From the NCBI GenBank assembly GCA_951406725.2, contig OX597817.1, positions 22,320,001 through 22,384,000 on the forward strand: a stretch of 64,000 nt of DNA, read 5' to 3'. This stretch comes from Octopus vulgaris (Eukaryota). Positions 25,111 through 38,489 of this stretch are shown one piece after another. Position 1 is the first letter of the stretch, and every line of letters begins with the position of its first letter. The notes under the pieces were generated by a model, which did no database searches, had not been told where the DNA came from, and saw only the letters and a program-made list of their open reading frames with translations. The position numbers and the translations under genes were made by a program.

Positions 25111-26807
25111 TACTGTAGCAACAGCTGTTTACACATGTCACCTTCCTCCCACTACACATCTAAGCAACGACCTTTAACACACTCTAGGTGCAGCATGTCA
25201 CCATATGAGTTTTCTCCCCTGTAGTAACAGGGAAGTGGAAGGGGAGACTATTCTAGAGGAAATGCAATGTGCTAAAGGTTCACATATGGCATGGATTTCT
25301 TTATGATTCTTCACTTGACTGTATGTAATTTAGTGGCTTTACACACACATACATGAAACAACTTTGTTGTTTGGAAACAGGTGAGGGTTGGCAACAGTAA
25401 AGGCATCCAGTTCTAAACATTCTGCTAAACGAAATTCTGTTTGATCCATGCAAGCATGGAAAAAGTAGATGTTAAATGATGATGACGATGATATATACTG
25501 AAGGACAGTGGTATTAGTAATAGGCAAAGTAGGAAATGGTAAAATAATAATGATAATAAGGACAGCATAAGTAATGGAGTTAGGATAGGCAAGAAAAAAA
25601 AAAAGAAATGAAAATGCAACATGTAGAAATTGCAATTATATTGATAGAAAAATATAAAGATAAAGATAAAAGAAAAGCGTGGAAAAATGAAATCATGTAT
25701 ATAAAAAGTGTATGTGCATGTGTGTATGTGTGTGTGTGTGTAAACACAAAGAGAGCGGGATAGAGATAGAGAGAGTGAATGGAGAAACATAACCAAACCT
25801 AGGATATATCATTTCTTTGCTGTGCACAGTATGATGGTTTTTATCTAAAGACACAGATATTTGCAGAGAGGAGGAATAAGAGAGAGCTCAAAAAGGAACA
25901 TTCAAAATATCATCATCATCATCATCATCATTATTGTAATCATCATTATCAGCAACAACAACAACATGCATATGAGTGCGTGTTTAAAACACCCTAAGGC
26001 AAGAACCACAGTGATAACTGAGACAAAAGGAGGGCATATGATGTAGTAATTTTTCTTTTTTTTTTTTTTTTTTTTCTTAACGATGGTCTATAAATGAGTT
26101 TTATAGTAAGGCTAAGCATTGAAACATTACTAGTTCCAGCAAAATATTTTAGTTTTCCTTTACTTTCCTTGTACAAGCATAACATGATTCAGAAATTTAT
26201 ATCAAAGTATTAACATGGAGGAAAAAAAAAATACTGAAACAAGAATACATAAAATAATAAAAAAGAATGAGTAAATATAAAGGGAAAAGCGAAAAATTAG
26301 AGAGAGAGAGAACAGAGGAAGAGCTTATGAATATTTTCTTCTGCCTTTTATCATTTTAATATTTTTTTTGTCCATAGCCATTACATGTTATTTCTTTGGG
26401 GAAAGTGGTAACCAAATAAATGTTATTTATAGTAGAAATGAAAAATGTCATTCATACACATGCACACACACACATACGCACAAAATGTCTCTCCTAATCA
26501 CTTTTATAGAATATAGCTCATTATAGGAATTTTCCTAACCTATATATATATAGTAAGAAAGCTTACACAAATATATGTTTTTGAGTTAGACATACATACA
26601 TGCATACATACCTGCATTATGTGTGTGTCTATCTACATAAGAGTATGCATAAAACTGATCATATAGAAGAGAGGGAATTTTATATATACACCATCACTCT
26701 ATGTATATATATATATGCATACACTTCTACAGAAATAGTGAGTGGTATGGCTTCTCAAACAGTCCCATTACACCTTCAGGTATTATCAATTATTTTATAC
26801 ATACACA

Positions 26808-26875
26808 TATATAAAATTGGTACATACAAATACACTAACACATACATACATCTATACACGAATATGTATGCGTGT

Positions 26876-26925
<50 letters not shown>

Positions 26926-27103
26926 GCATATATATATATATATATATATCATCATCATCATCATCATCATCGTTTAACGTCCTCATATATGCATATATAT
27001 GTAAGTGTATATATACATACATACATATATACACACACGCATACATATTGGTGTATAGTTGTATGTATGTGTTAGTGTATTTTGTATGTACCAATTTTAT
27101 ATA
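26808..27103. repeat. ~70-bp inverted duplication around microsatellites
   Basis: 26808-26877 is the reverse complement of 27033-27103 with few mismatches. Confidence 0.8.
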
Positions 27104-28689
27104 TAAATATATATATATATATGTATATATGTGTGTGTATATATGTATATAAAATGCATACATAAATACACACACACACACATATATGCACACATTAATG
27201 CATCATGCATACATGAGTATGCACATATTTTCATTCTTTATTATATTTGTAGAATAGATGTGTGTGTGTGTGTACATGTATGCATTAATATCTTATGGCA
27301 AATTCAATCATGGAACAATTTTTTTTTCATTAATGCTAAAGAGACTTATATTAATGGAACATGGAAGTTTTCAAAATTCAAAATGTCAGTAAATACACAT
27401 TACGATGGTGGTATATATTTCCATGTGTACGAGGGCAAATATACAGAAATATCTAGATATATATATATATCCATCATTCAAATGTGTCTGTTGTTAAGTA
27501 GTTAGGTAGCACCAAACTCAAGAACATTTCTATGAATTGAGTGCCTGTGTTTAGATGGTTAAAGCAAGGCCTATTGGGTATGGAATACAAATTGAAATTA
27601 AATTTCATAGCTTCAATAGTTCCTATGAATTACATAATTGAAATCTGGAATCTAGTGGCTTCGAGTGATAGCTAAAAAGCAATAAAAATGGTTGCAAATG
27701 AAAATCTTTTATTACAATAATCTCACTACTGTGATTATGATCATCGTGATCAACATATGTTTTGCTCCCTCCCCGACCACTTCTATAACCATCATGATTT
27801 AGATATGAATGTTTAATAGTACATTTATAGTCATGTCTATTATACATCATCTTAACTGCAAGGTATGCCATACATAATTCATTCTGTGTGTTTTTTGGTC
27901 TACTATTCCTGTTTACATTTTCAATACTATTCTGTATTTCTCTGACATCAATCATGTATTATCCTTCAGGGGGCATATTATATTCATCAGTGTGTGTGTG
28001 TGTTAAAGACTTACACTTCAAAACATACACTCAGGAAACTCATGAAATAATTTAATAAATATATTTAATGCAGCTGTTTGTAATTTATTTTATTTTAACA
28101 GAATTACCTATTTACAATTTATTACTATTTTTTACTATTTATTACATTTCATTATGAATACTAATAATATTACTCAAGTAATAATACACTCAAGTAATCT
28201 TAATTTCCATTTGCTGAACTTGGGAATTCAACTATATTTCCACCATCCACTTTTATAATAAAGAGAGCACTGAACTCTGTTATTATTGTTTAGCCCCAGG
28301 TCAAGACAGTAACTGTGAACTGAGAAAGATTTAACTGCTATCCTTTGTAAACCAATCATGCCATAGAAATATAATTACTTGTCTATGAGATGTATTACTT
28401 CTGCAATATCGTTGTAAATGGTTTCAAAGAAATTAGGTTGAATCACTAATGGCTGAAAAATTACATAGAGGCATATTTAATTCTCAGAAATAGGATAAAA
28501 TGAGAATTTTGGGAAGGCAGACTCAGCTGTAATGACTAAAGAGGCTGCCAAAAGTTTATTTGATATCTTCAGTGTGAGACTTTAATGTTGCAGTTTGCAG
28601 GAATCAGTTACAAAATTAAGCTTTCATTGTCTTAGTCAACTTTCAAAGTTCAGTAAAATAAGTACCAGATTTATAAGAGCATAGGACCA

Positions 28690-28897
28690 GCTGTTCAAGA
28701 ATTTTGACCTGGAGATCCCCATTTCCAGCGACTTCGAGGGCCACTTCCCAGTGGTGTCGGGCGTCAATGAAGAGCCCTTGACTGCAACAAGACAACCAGT
28801 TTTTTTTTTTCCAAGGTCATGGGTCTCCCGCCCCTAAGCCCCAGACCATCACCTAATCACCCTTACCCGTCTTGTTGCTTAACAACAACAACAGCAC
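28690..28897 (+). mobile_element. Second copy of the ~200-bp unclassified retroposon
   Basis: TSD aggacca (28683-28689 / 28898-28904); (CAA)n tail. Confidence 0.85.
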
Positions 28898-29149
28898 AGG
28901 ACCAAAGGATGTTGTTTAAAACCAAGTATTTAACATCTGACTGAGCAGACCTATGATTGAAAGAATTCCAATAATGATTGTCCCTTTCTATATCAAGAAT
29001 TACATTACCCAACACATACTATCTTCTTTTTTAGATACTAAGGTGTGCTACAAAGTTTTGCAGAAATCTTTTGCACACCCGATGCCAAAATGATAAAAAT
29101 AATGAGGATATTTAGTTTGAATCGGTTTAAATCAAATACTTTCGAGTCT

Positions 29150-29720
29150 GCAAATTATTGTAAAAGCTGGCATTTTTAAACATGCAAATGCAAGAAGAAA
29201 CTTGTGTTTTCATCTATAAGTAAAAACAAGCCATGGCAAGATTTTTATGTTGATAAGGGACTTTTGAAGTCAACACTGAAATGTTCAAATGGTAGTGTGA
29301 ACTTAAATTTGGTATGATGGAGACAATAGAATCCCAATTTCAGTTCTGGGCATGCTATGTATTCATGAAAATTTTTTCAGCTCCTTCCTAAGAAGACAGC
29401 AAGTTCAAAGTGCTATAGCTGAGTCACTCCAGAGTAGTACAAAAGCTTATGGGAATCTGTAATTCCAGAAGATGCTCCAGAGAAGTATCTGATGATGGCA
29501 CCAGTTACTGTTATCTTTATGAGATAGGTAATGATCACTCTATGTTCAATAAAGAATCTTATACCTTGCTTTCTATTAGCATTTTTTTTGTCAAAATATA
29601 AATGATATGGCTTGCCAAGTGTGTGCTGGTAAAACAGCCCTGAAGTAATTTATTATTTCCCATGCTTTTTATGATAGCAAAAGCCTCCTCTTCAGTAGAT
29701 GAGAGTTTTTTCCCAAGACA
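29150..29720 (-). pseudogene. Gypsy-type LTR retrotransposon relic (RNase H + integrase)
   Basis: Minus strand reads SSTEEEAFAII..WQAISFIF (RNase H-like) and CPELKLGFY..LPFEHFSVDFKSPLS..LLIDENT (integrase). Confidence 0.6.
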
Positions 29721-29984
29721 AAAAAAGGATACTTAAGGATGTAATTCCTGGATGCATAAATTTCAAAAACGTCATGTAAGATCGTGTAAGATAGATGAGA
29801 ATGAGCACTAAAGTTCTAAACATAAATATCATTTTCTTTTCTTCCTTTTTTTTTTTTTTTTTGCATTGTGTAGTGTTTAAGAAGGGATTAATTATTAATT
29901 ACTCCTAAGAAAGGAAGCATTCATTTGGATTAGTAACGGAGGGAAAAAAAATGGAAAGAAAACATATATATATAGTTGTTTAGT

Positions 29985-32900
29985 ACTACTGGGTACTGCA
30001 AATTTCAATCTTTCATGGTCAGGCAGCAAGTATTTATACGGCAATTTGTATCCCAGATGACAGATGAATGTTAAGCGGAGATGACATTTGTCATTGTTTA
30101 ATGCCTCATCTTCGTTCTCACTTAGTCTTGCTAATCACAATAATATTCCCCAAATAGGCATGAAATCCTTTCACAAAATCCGCAGCAATTATCCCCTCCA
30201 CCACCATCACTCTTTTCAAAATGCACATAGCATTAGTTACACTAAAGCTGAAACTTGTAAACTGGAATAAGCTGCATCTCTTAACATCAGGGAATGGAAT
30301 CTGATGATCAGTTGCTTTCCAATCCAGTTTGTAGAATTTATTGTAGAATATAGAACACATGATGTCTTCAGTTTTAGCAAGTGGATGAGCATCAGAAAGC
30401 AGTAAAGTAACAATTTTTCATGAGTGGATAATCTAAAGCAAGGCATTATTGGTCACCACTTCTTACTACTAAACTAGTAGCGCTTCCCAAAGAGAAGCTG
30501 GGGCTCAATAATACTAGTATTAAATTTACAGTCAGTCTCTTTCTTAATAAACATTCTACCAAGTGAAGAACTGTAATGAAATTTAATTGCATCTGGTCTT
30601 AAGTCACTGTACAACTGGGAAAAATATGGAGGGACTAGTTAAAGTGTTATAGAATTCTGTCATTTTAAAAAAGCTGTATACCAGAATTATAGGGAAACAC
30701 AAGTTTGGAAAATTATATAAATGCTCCTTCACATTAAAAGAAAAAAATGTTTGAAATGACAACTGAAGAATCAGTTGCTGGGTAAATTCAAATAACATTA
30801 AGACATTGGGAATGAGAGATTCTTGCGAACATATTCATCTATGAAGCTGGCACTGGGATCAAGGTAGTCAACTGAACCCCTCCTCCCAAATTTCTGGCCT
30901 TGTGCTAAAATTTGAAGTCACTATTACAAATAGGTATACCATTCTTAGCTACATTCATAAGCAATTTGAAAATAAAGTGGGTAGCTCTTCCTCCCAGAAG
31001 TAAAGCAGCAGGAATACTTGAAGAAGCAACAGCCAAAACTATTTTGTTCTGTAGCCACACTTTGGTAATTAACGGTTTAGTAACAGATGCATACTAGTTT
31101 CTGTAGCAGCATTATGAAAAAGGTCCTTCTCTTTGATAAAAAAAGAAAAACAATCTTTTGTGTATAGCAATGTGGGTAGCAATTTGAGTTCATTTTCTCT
31201 TGCATATCTTGAGAGGTCTTCAGCATTGTAGGAAGTCTCTTTTAATAGCTCTCTGTTGTTAAACTATTAACTTTAAAGCCATTGGCATGAGAAAACCCAT
31301 ACAAATACAATTTACTTTTCCTCATAGGAAACAACTTTGTCTTCAACAGCAATTAATGCTGAATCATAGATTTCCTCACAGTATATTTTATTTTTCTGCC
31401 TAAACATTGTAACTGAATCCAGTATTTGTAATCTGTAAGATCATTTTCGTATATTAGCCATATTGATACTGGATTTCCTGAATCACAGCTCTTAAACAGA
31501 ATAGTAAATAGTGTTCCCAAGCTTCATCATATGTAAGACATTGTAGCATCTAGCATAGCTGCTCTCCAATGAATGTCATCTTGTAGTGATCCTAATCTAA
31601 AAGATGCTGCTCTATAAGAAACACAAACATGACCATGAATGGTTCAAATGTTAGAGAATCACAGATTTCATGAAAAAGCAGCCTTAAAAACCATTCTTGT
31701 TGAGTTGGGTGTATAGTATAAAACTCTTCTCAGAACATTTATTTCTTTATTTCTTTATTGCTCACATGGGGCTAAACATAGAGGGGACAAACAAGGACAG
31801 ACAAAGGGATTAAGTCGATAACATCAATCCCAGTGCGTAACTGGTACTTGTTTCATCGACCCCAAAAGGATGAAAGGCAAAGTCGACCTCAGCAGAATTT
31901 GAACTCTGAACGTAACGGCAGACGAAATACCGCTAAGCATTTTGCCCAGCATGCTAACACTTCTGCCAGCTCAACATTGTCAAATCAACCTCAGTATTTT
32001 GTTTTCTACAACTTCTTAGTTTATTGTTTGATGTATAATAATATAGTATAACATTGTTTTCGTGAAAGTATCTTTCTAGCAAAATCTGAAATATACTGTT
32101 AATGTAGTTTCCCTTGGAGTTAGGGAAATATGAGCAGCAGTTTCTGTCATAAAATACATTCTCTGTCGACTTGTTACATGAATAGCCAGTTGTGTTGGAG
32201 GATATCATTCATGAATAAAGAATAAGAATTTATGTATTCTCGAAAACGTTTTGTAGCAATACTCAACATTTGAAACCCTGTAAATTAAGTAAGGAAAAAA
32301 AAGCCACGGTTTTTCAGTTTCCATATTTGGGGGACAACGGTTTTTATCAGGTGACTTTGAACCATATTTCAACCAAATGATGCTCTGTCATATTTGTGTG
32401 GTGTTAAGATTAATTGAAATTTGCATGCTGTTTTGCACCAAATTATGGTTATAAATTAAAATGCATGGGAAATATAACACAGAGGGTGTGAAAGAATTTG
32501 AGAGAACAAACATCTTGGTTAGCTGGCGACCATGTCTCTCTGACCTCATGTAAAAATATCTTCTCTGGCCAAGCATGAACATTTAACATTCTCACCTCAT
32601 ATTAAGCACAAATAATATTTTTTCCTCTCTCTAAACATATATTATCACTCACTGATGTTATTCAACATAACAGCTTTTTGTAAAGTAAAAATTGTAACAA
32701 TAATTTGTAATAAACATGTTAATTAAACCTAGATATTATAATTGGTTTTACTTGGGAGCAGCACATAGCCAGATCAATCCAGCTTTCAGCAAACCAATTT
32801 AGGCCTCATTGCTACAAATATACTGCCCCAACTGCAATTGTGTGATTTCACCTTGAAATGTCTGTTGCTAGATAATGTGTACAGCAACATCATAAACTGT

Positions 32901-33150
32901 ATTAATATATTTACAATGTACTTGATTGACTTTATGGAATTACTATATTCTACATATATGTCAGCATTCAAAATAAGGCAATAAGGAACTATTTGTTGAA
33001 CTATTACATGCTGAACAATTTTTGTTTCAAAACTTCTATTTTGCGGTGCTCTTGTTTGTATGAAAAATATTTTGCATTGGCAACCTAAGAGATGGAGAGA
33101 TAACATCACAGCATGGATAAGTCTGGACATGATGTTCCTGAATGCTCTTG
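29985..33150 (-). pseudogene. Helitron Rep/PIF1-helicase relic
   Basis: IVPYCLILNADIYVEYSNSIKSIKY (Rep), EWFLRLLFH, DDIHWRAAMLDA..LFTIL, IVLAVASSSIPAALLLGGRATH (PIF1); heavily decayed; SINE inserted. Confidence 0.75.
31738..31972 (-). mobile_element. SINE family B
   Basis: gagctggcagaa head through aaagaaata tail. Confidence 0.88.
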
Positions 33151-34442
33151 CCAAAGATCGATTACTATCGAGACAACTATCTCATGCTGGTGCACATTCT
33201 GTCACAGCAGAGATAGTGCAGAGTACTGAAATATGCACTCACATACACACACGGTTTACTTTAGTTGTCGCCTGCCACGATTTCAACTCAGCCTTTGAGT
33301 AATTGCATGCGTACATGCTATTATGTGTGTAATTTTGTATATATGTGTTTTGTACGATATAAAGATTACCTTTTGTGTGTGAGTGTCTGTGTGTTCTTTA
33401 TGAACGGAAGGACACATTTATCCCAATATGATTTGTGTGGTAAAGTTACTAACACTCTGCTATAAAAATTGGAATATGTTCATTACTTTTACCATCTACT
33501 GTAACATCAATTCCATTTTCTGTGAAACACGAGGATAAATTTTATAAAATTATTTCTTAATTCAAATGATTTCCCTCCTCTTTAAAAAAAAAAGCCGCCA
33601 TTTTTCTCCAACTAAAAAGTAAATTAAAAGTTCGATCCATTAATAATTCTTTTTTTATACATGATTCAGTACGCCCATACATATTTGATTTATATTATCC
33701 TTAGCAAACAGTCAATGCAAATAAATAAGTAAAAGTGAACACGTCTAATGAAGTAGTCTTAATGATGAATGATGAAATACCTAAATTGAAATGATGGTAA
33801 AAATCAAATAGACTTTCTTTGAATAATGATAAAAACTAAATTTATAATTTTAAAAAATTCTTGAATAAATAATCAGAAACAAGGGTCCTAATTCATAAAC
33901 AGCAATAAGATTTAACTAGTTGATCATGTAAAATGTTGAGAAGTCTGATGATTAACACAGTACCTGAGTGGAAATGATAATTTATAGATATAAATTCTAT
34001 AATATCAGAGAACATATTATATTATATAGTGTTAAAAAATTCCCTCCTCGCTTAAGCTTAGAAAACATATGCTATGCAGTTATGGGTTATGGATCCCTCT
34101 CTCTCTCTTTCGGAGAGGCACAAGCACCTACATGCACATATACATACACGGCAGTAACTTCCGCCTGCTGAATTCAATCACAAAGCTTCAGTCGGCTCGG
34201 GGCTATAGCAGAAGACACCTGGCCAAAGCGCCACATAGCCATAATATATCACTATATTACCATAAATGAATACAATATGGGCTAAGTGAAATGAAGTACT
34301 TAAGTAAAAAAGAAAAAGAAAGATGTTCAAATCAAAGCAAATGCATTGGTATAGGATAAAATGTATAGGTCAAGTACAGGTAAGGAGCAAGTACCTTTAT
34401 GGATCATAAGATTTTTGGTCTAATCATATGTGTGTGTGTGTA

Positions 34443-34830
34443 TACAGGCTGCGATGGATAAATTGTTACCATTTTATATTTTTAATTTTGTGCTTCTGCA
34501 TTATTTATTTTTGAATTTGCTGACTACACAGTATAGTAGGGTCAGTTGGGCACCATCTGTGAGAAAAAATAGCACCATGACACAAGTCACTCTGTCAGAA
34601 ATTTGGAAACGACATGCTGTACTACTTGGCATTCACACTGGATGCTCCAATACGAACATTTCAGAGTGTTTTGGTGTCAATCTGAGGACATGTAGTGAGA
34701 GTGATAAAAATCAAACACCCAGTCAACATCATGGGGTTTGGAGTGATCACTAGTGATGGCGACATTATATCTCCATTCATCTTCTCACATGGCTGCAGAC
34801 TCAACATGGAGGCCTACATCAAGTGCCTAG
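34443..34830 (+). mobile_element. Tc1/mariner (maT/DD37D-like) internally deleted relic
   Basis: TA-cagg end; MTQVTLSEIWKRHAVLLGI HTH start joined to KHPVNIMGFGVITSDG..PFIF..GCRLNMEAYIKCL. Confidence 0.6.
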
Positions 34831-34979
34831 TTCTATCCATGCCTGCTTTCCTTCTCTCAGAAATTATGCATAAGGTTTGGTAGTTGGAACTCTTTCATTC
34901 AAGTGCTTAACTACATAATTCTTCCCACATGACTGTAAGCTCAGTCAGATTATTGATGTCACAGATGTTTTGCTAGACA

Positions 34980-35530
34980 AGATGGTAAAATAGCAGAATC
35001 CTTAGCATGATGAAGGCGGCGAGTTGGCAGAAACATTAGCACGCCGGGCGAAATGCTTAGCACTATTTCATCTACCATTATGTTCTGAGTTCAAATTCTG
35101 CCGAGGTCCACTTTGCCTTTCATCCTTTCGGGGTTGATAAATTAAGTACTAGTTATGCACTGGGGTCGATGTAATCGACTTAATCCCTTTGTCTGTCCTA
35201 GTTTGTCCACTTTGCCTTTCATCCTTTCGGGGTTGATAAATTAAGTACTAGTTATGCACTGGGGTCGATGTAATCGACTTAATCCCTTTGTCTGTCCTAG
35301 TTTGTCCTCTCTGTGTTTAGCCCCTTGTAGGTAGTAAAGAAATAGGTATTTCGTCTGCCGTTACGTTCTGAGTTCAAATTCCGACAAGGTCCACTTTGCC
35401 TTTCATACTTTCGGGGTTGATAAATTAAGTATCAGTTATGCACTGGGGTTGATGTAATCAACTTAATCCCTTTGTCTGTCCTTGTTTATCCCCTCTACGT
35501 TTAGCCCCTTGTGGGCAATAAAGAAATAAG
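34980..35530 (+). mobile_element. SINE family B dimer with ~99-bp internal tandem duplication
   Basis: 35106-35204 repeated at 35205-35303; second unit starts ~35346. Confidence 0.88.
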
Positions 35531-35757
35531 AATCATTAGCATGACAAATAAAAATACTTAGAGGAATTTCATCCGTCATATGATTCTGAATTTCAGTGCT
35601 ACCAAGGTCAGCTTTGCCATTCATGCTTTCATAGTCAATAAAATAAGCATCAGTAGAGCATTGGGGTTGTTATCTCCCAAAATCTCAGGCCTTGTGCTCA
35701 GAGTAAAAAGAATTATTTATCGGTGGTAATATTTTCTTGGTTAATATTACCAAATAT

Positions 35758-36159
35758 AGGTGCAGGAGTGGCTGTGTGGTAAGTAGCTTGCTTACCAACC
35801 ACATGGTTCCGGGTTCAGTCCCACTGTGTGGCATCTTGGGCAAGTGTCTTCTGCTATAGACCCGGGCCGACCAATGCCTTGTGAGTGGATTTGGTAGACG
35901 GAAACTGAAAGAAGCCTGTCGTATATATGTATATATATATGTGTGTGTGTATGTGTTTGTCCCTCTAGCATTGCTTGACAACCGATGCTGGTGTGTTTAC
36001 GTCCCCGTCACTTAGCGGTTCAGCAAAAGACCGATAGAATAAGTACTGGGCTTACAAAGAATAAGTCCTGGGGTCGATTTGCTCGACTAAAGGCGGTGCT
36101 CCAACATGGCCGCAGTCAAATGACTAAAACTAGTAAAAGAGTAAAAGAGTAAAAGAGTA
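35758..36159 (+). mobile_element. SINE family A, full length
   Basis: Complete head, core and tail. Confidence 0.92.
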
Positions 36160-36167
36160 AATATATA

Positions 36168-36380
36168 AGGTTGTGAACTGGCAGAACTGTTAGCTTGCTA
36201 GGCAAAATGCTTAGCAGCATTTTGTCCATTTGTACTATGAGTTCTAATTCTACTGAGATCTACTTCACCTTTCATCCTTTTGATGTTGATAAAATAAGTA
36301 CCAGTTGAACACTGGAGTTGATGTTATTGATTTTCTCCCCTCTCTGAAATTGCTGGTATTGTGCCAAAATTTGAAATCAG
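36168..36380 (+). mobile_element. Old SINE family B-related copy
   Basis: gaactggcagaa..cctttcatcctttt..ataagtaccagttgaacactgg. Confidence 0.7.
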
Positions 36381-36562
36381 TATTACCAGATATAGTAACA
36401 TTGTTCACCAGTGGTGTTGGTATTAGAACTTAAGCATTTGGGTTTCAATTTCAATGTTGGTTATCAGCAGCAGGTTCCTTTATATCCAGGTCAAATTTGC
36501 TTTTTTACTGTTTTGAGATAAATATTGATATGATTACTGAAACTAGTCAAAGTAAAATTTGT

Positions 36563-37080
36563 AGGCATGGCTCTGTGGTAAGAAATCTGTTTCCCTACCA
36601 CATAGATCTGGGTTCAGTCTCACTGTGTGGCACCTTGGGTAAATATCTTCTACTGTAGTCCTGGGCTGACCAAGACCTTATGAGTGTATCTGGTCTTGGA
36701 AACTATTATATCGTATGTTCGGATGCCTTCTACTCAAATCTTCTCTACTCTACTCTTCTGTTCTCTTAATGCCTAGGCTTCTCCCTCTATATCTACGTAT
36801 TGGGATAGCCTACGTCATCGTCTGGGGGTGTCCACACAACAGAAACTAGAAAAAACCTGTTGTACATAAATGTGTGTGTGTGTGTGTGAGTATGTATGTT
36901 TTACCACCACCTGGTAACCAGTGTTGATTTGTTTATGTCCCTATAATTTATCAGGTCAGCAAAAAAGGCTGATAAAAAAATTCTTGGTTTAAAAGAAATG
37001 TAAGTACTAAGGTTGATTTGTTTGACCAAACCAATCAAAGCAGTGCCCCAGCATGACTGCAGTTCAATGAATGAAAAACA
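36563..37080 (+). mobile_element. Old SINE family A copy with internal insertion
   Basis: Diverged head and core at 36563-36700; 3' half at 36845-37080. Confidence 0.65.
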
Positions 37081-38489
37081 CATAAACATTATAAGATAAA
37101 AGAGATGTTTGGTGTGCAGATGTTTGTGCAAGTGTGTAGTTAGATCAGATTTTAAGAGTGGTTCCATTAAAATATGAATAAAAAATATGAGTACAAAATT
37201 GAGTAATTTCTGTAGGCGAATATATGCTTGATGTTTGTAATGTAAATATTTAATTGATGGTGGTACCAAATACATTACATTTTTCAATATTTGCATTTTC
37301 CATCTCGAATGATGAGGTTAATAATCCATTAAGTTTTAATCTTATTAACAGGAAGTCATCTCATTTATAATATGTAAATATGTATGTGTGCATGCATACA
37401 TGTATATATGTGTATGTGTGAGTATGCAGTATTAACATGTTTCCAAAATTCATTGATGCCTTATAAGCTTTGATTAGTTAGCAGAAATGCTATATATTCA
37501 TAGTATATATTTCAGTTCATTTGGCTTGATAAAATGATTATCAATAAAACATAGAAAGTACTATCTCAACTGTTTATTATCTATCAACTATCAAACTGGC
37601 TGTATGCCTAGCCAAAGAAATCCTCATTTATCCATGAAGAATATAATCTTATATTTCTCTATTTTCAGTTCAACTTCTCTGAGAAAACTAGCATGAAATG
37701 AGAAATTAAAACTCCAAAAGTGAAATTTGAATTTTAGCTATAGTATGTAAATTGCGAAATTACAAGTGGTTCTATGATGTATTTTACTTCCAGTATATGT
37801 TTGTATAATAATTTTGGAGTGGTATTAATACTTGCTTCATATGTGACTTTATCTGAAATAATGAATTGAATCTGAAGCAATAACACCATGCAAAAGCCAT
37901 GAGAGTAATTTAAAATACACATAATTTTTGTTTATTTTATCATATTATTATATAGTATATATAAAGTATCACAATTTTCGTGTGTAGAATAAAATCTATT
38001 GAAATCACCCAATGGAGAGATTTATTTTTTATCTATAAATCTCTTCATAGGAAGATTTATTTCATCATCTCTTTATTTCTCTCATTGTGTTTTTAAATTT
38101 TAAAACTTTTATTCGAACAAATTAATTTTCTGTTTCTTAATTTCATTCTTCTTTTCAGGAAAGTGGTGTTAATAACATTTGAATACAATATATAGTATAT
38201 CTTATTGGATGCTTTTGGGCAGTTGTATTTGACAGGAAATGGCTACATAGGATATATCTTTGGTATGCAGATCTTTGAATTCATTGTATTGTCCATCTTT
38301 ATTTGTTTGGTGCATGTCTGCAATTATGTGAGTGATATTTCCCACCCCAAGATCATAACTGTTCCACAATAAAATTGTACTTAGACTAATGTGATTTTCT
38401 TATTATGGTGAAATGGCAAAACTGCCATGATAGATTTAGCCACCTGTTTTTAAGAGCTCCCAGACATAGGGATAAATATTTTAAGAGGA

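Noticed and set aside
27623-27955. 110-aa non-repetitive ORF as a possible host exon
   Set aside because: No recognisable domain or splice context.
28725-28785. HDV-like ribozyme fold in the orphan retroposon head
   Set aside because: No convincing P1 helix or P4.
37980-38400. Possible Tc1 remnant on the minus strand (GTVMILG)
   Set aside because: Only one or two weak motifs.
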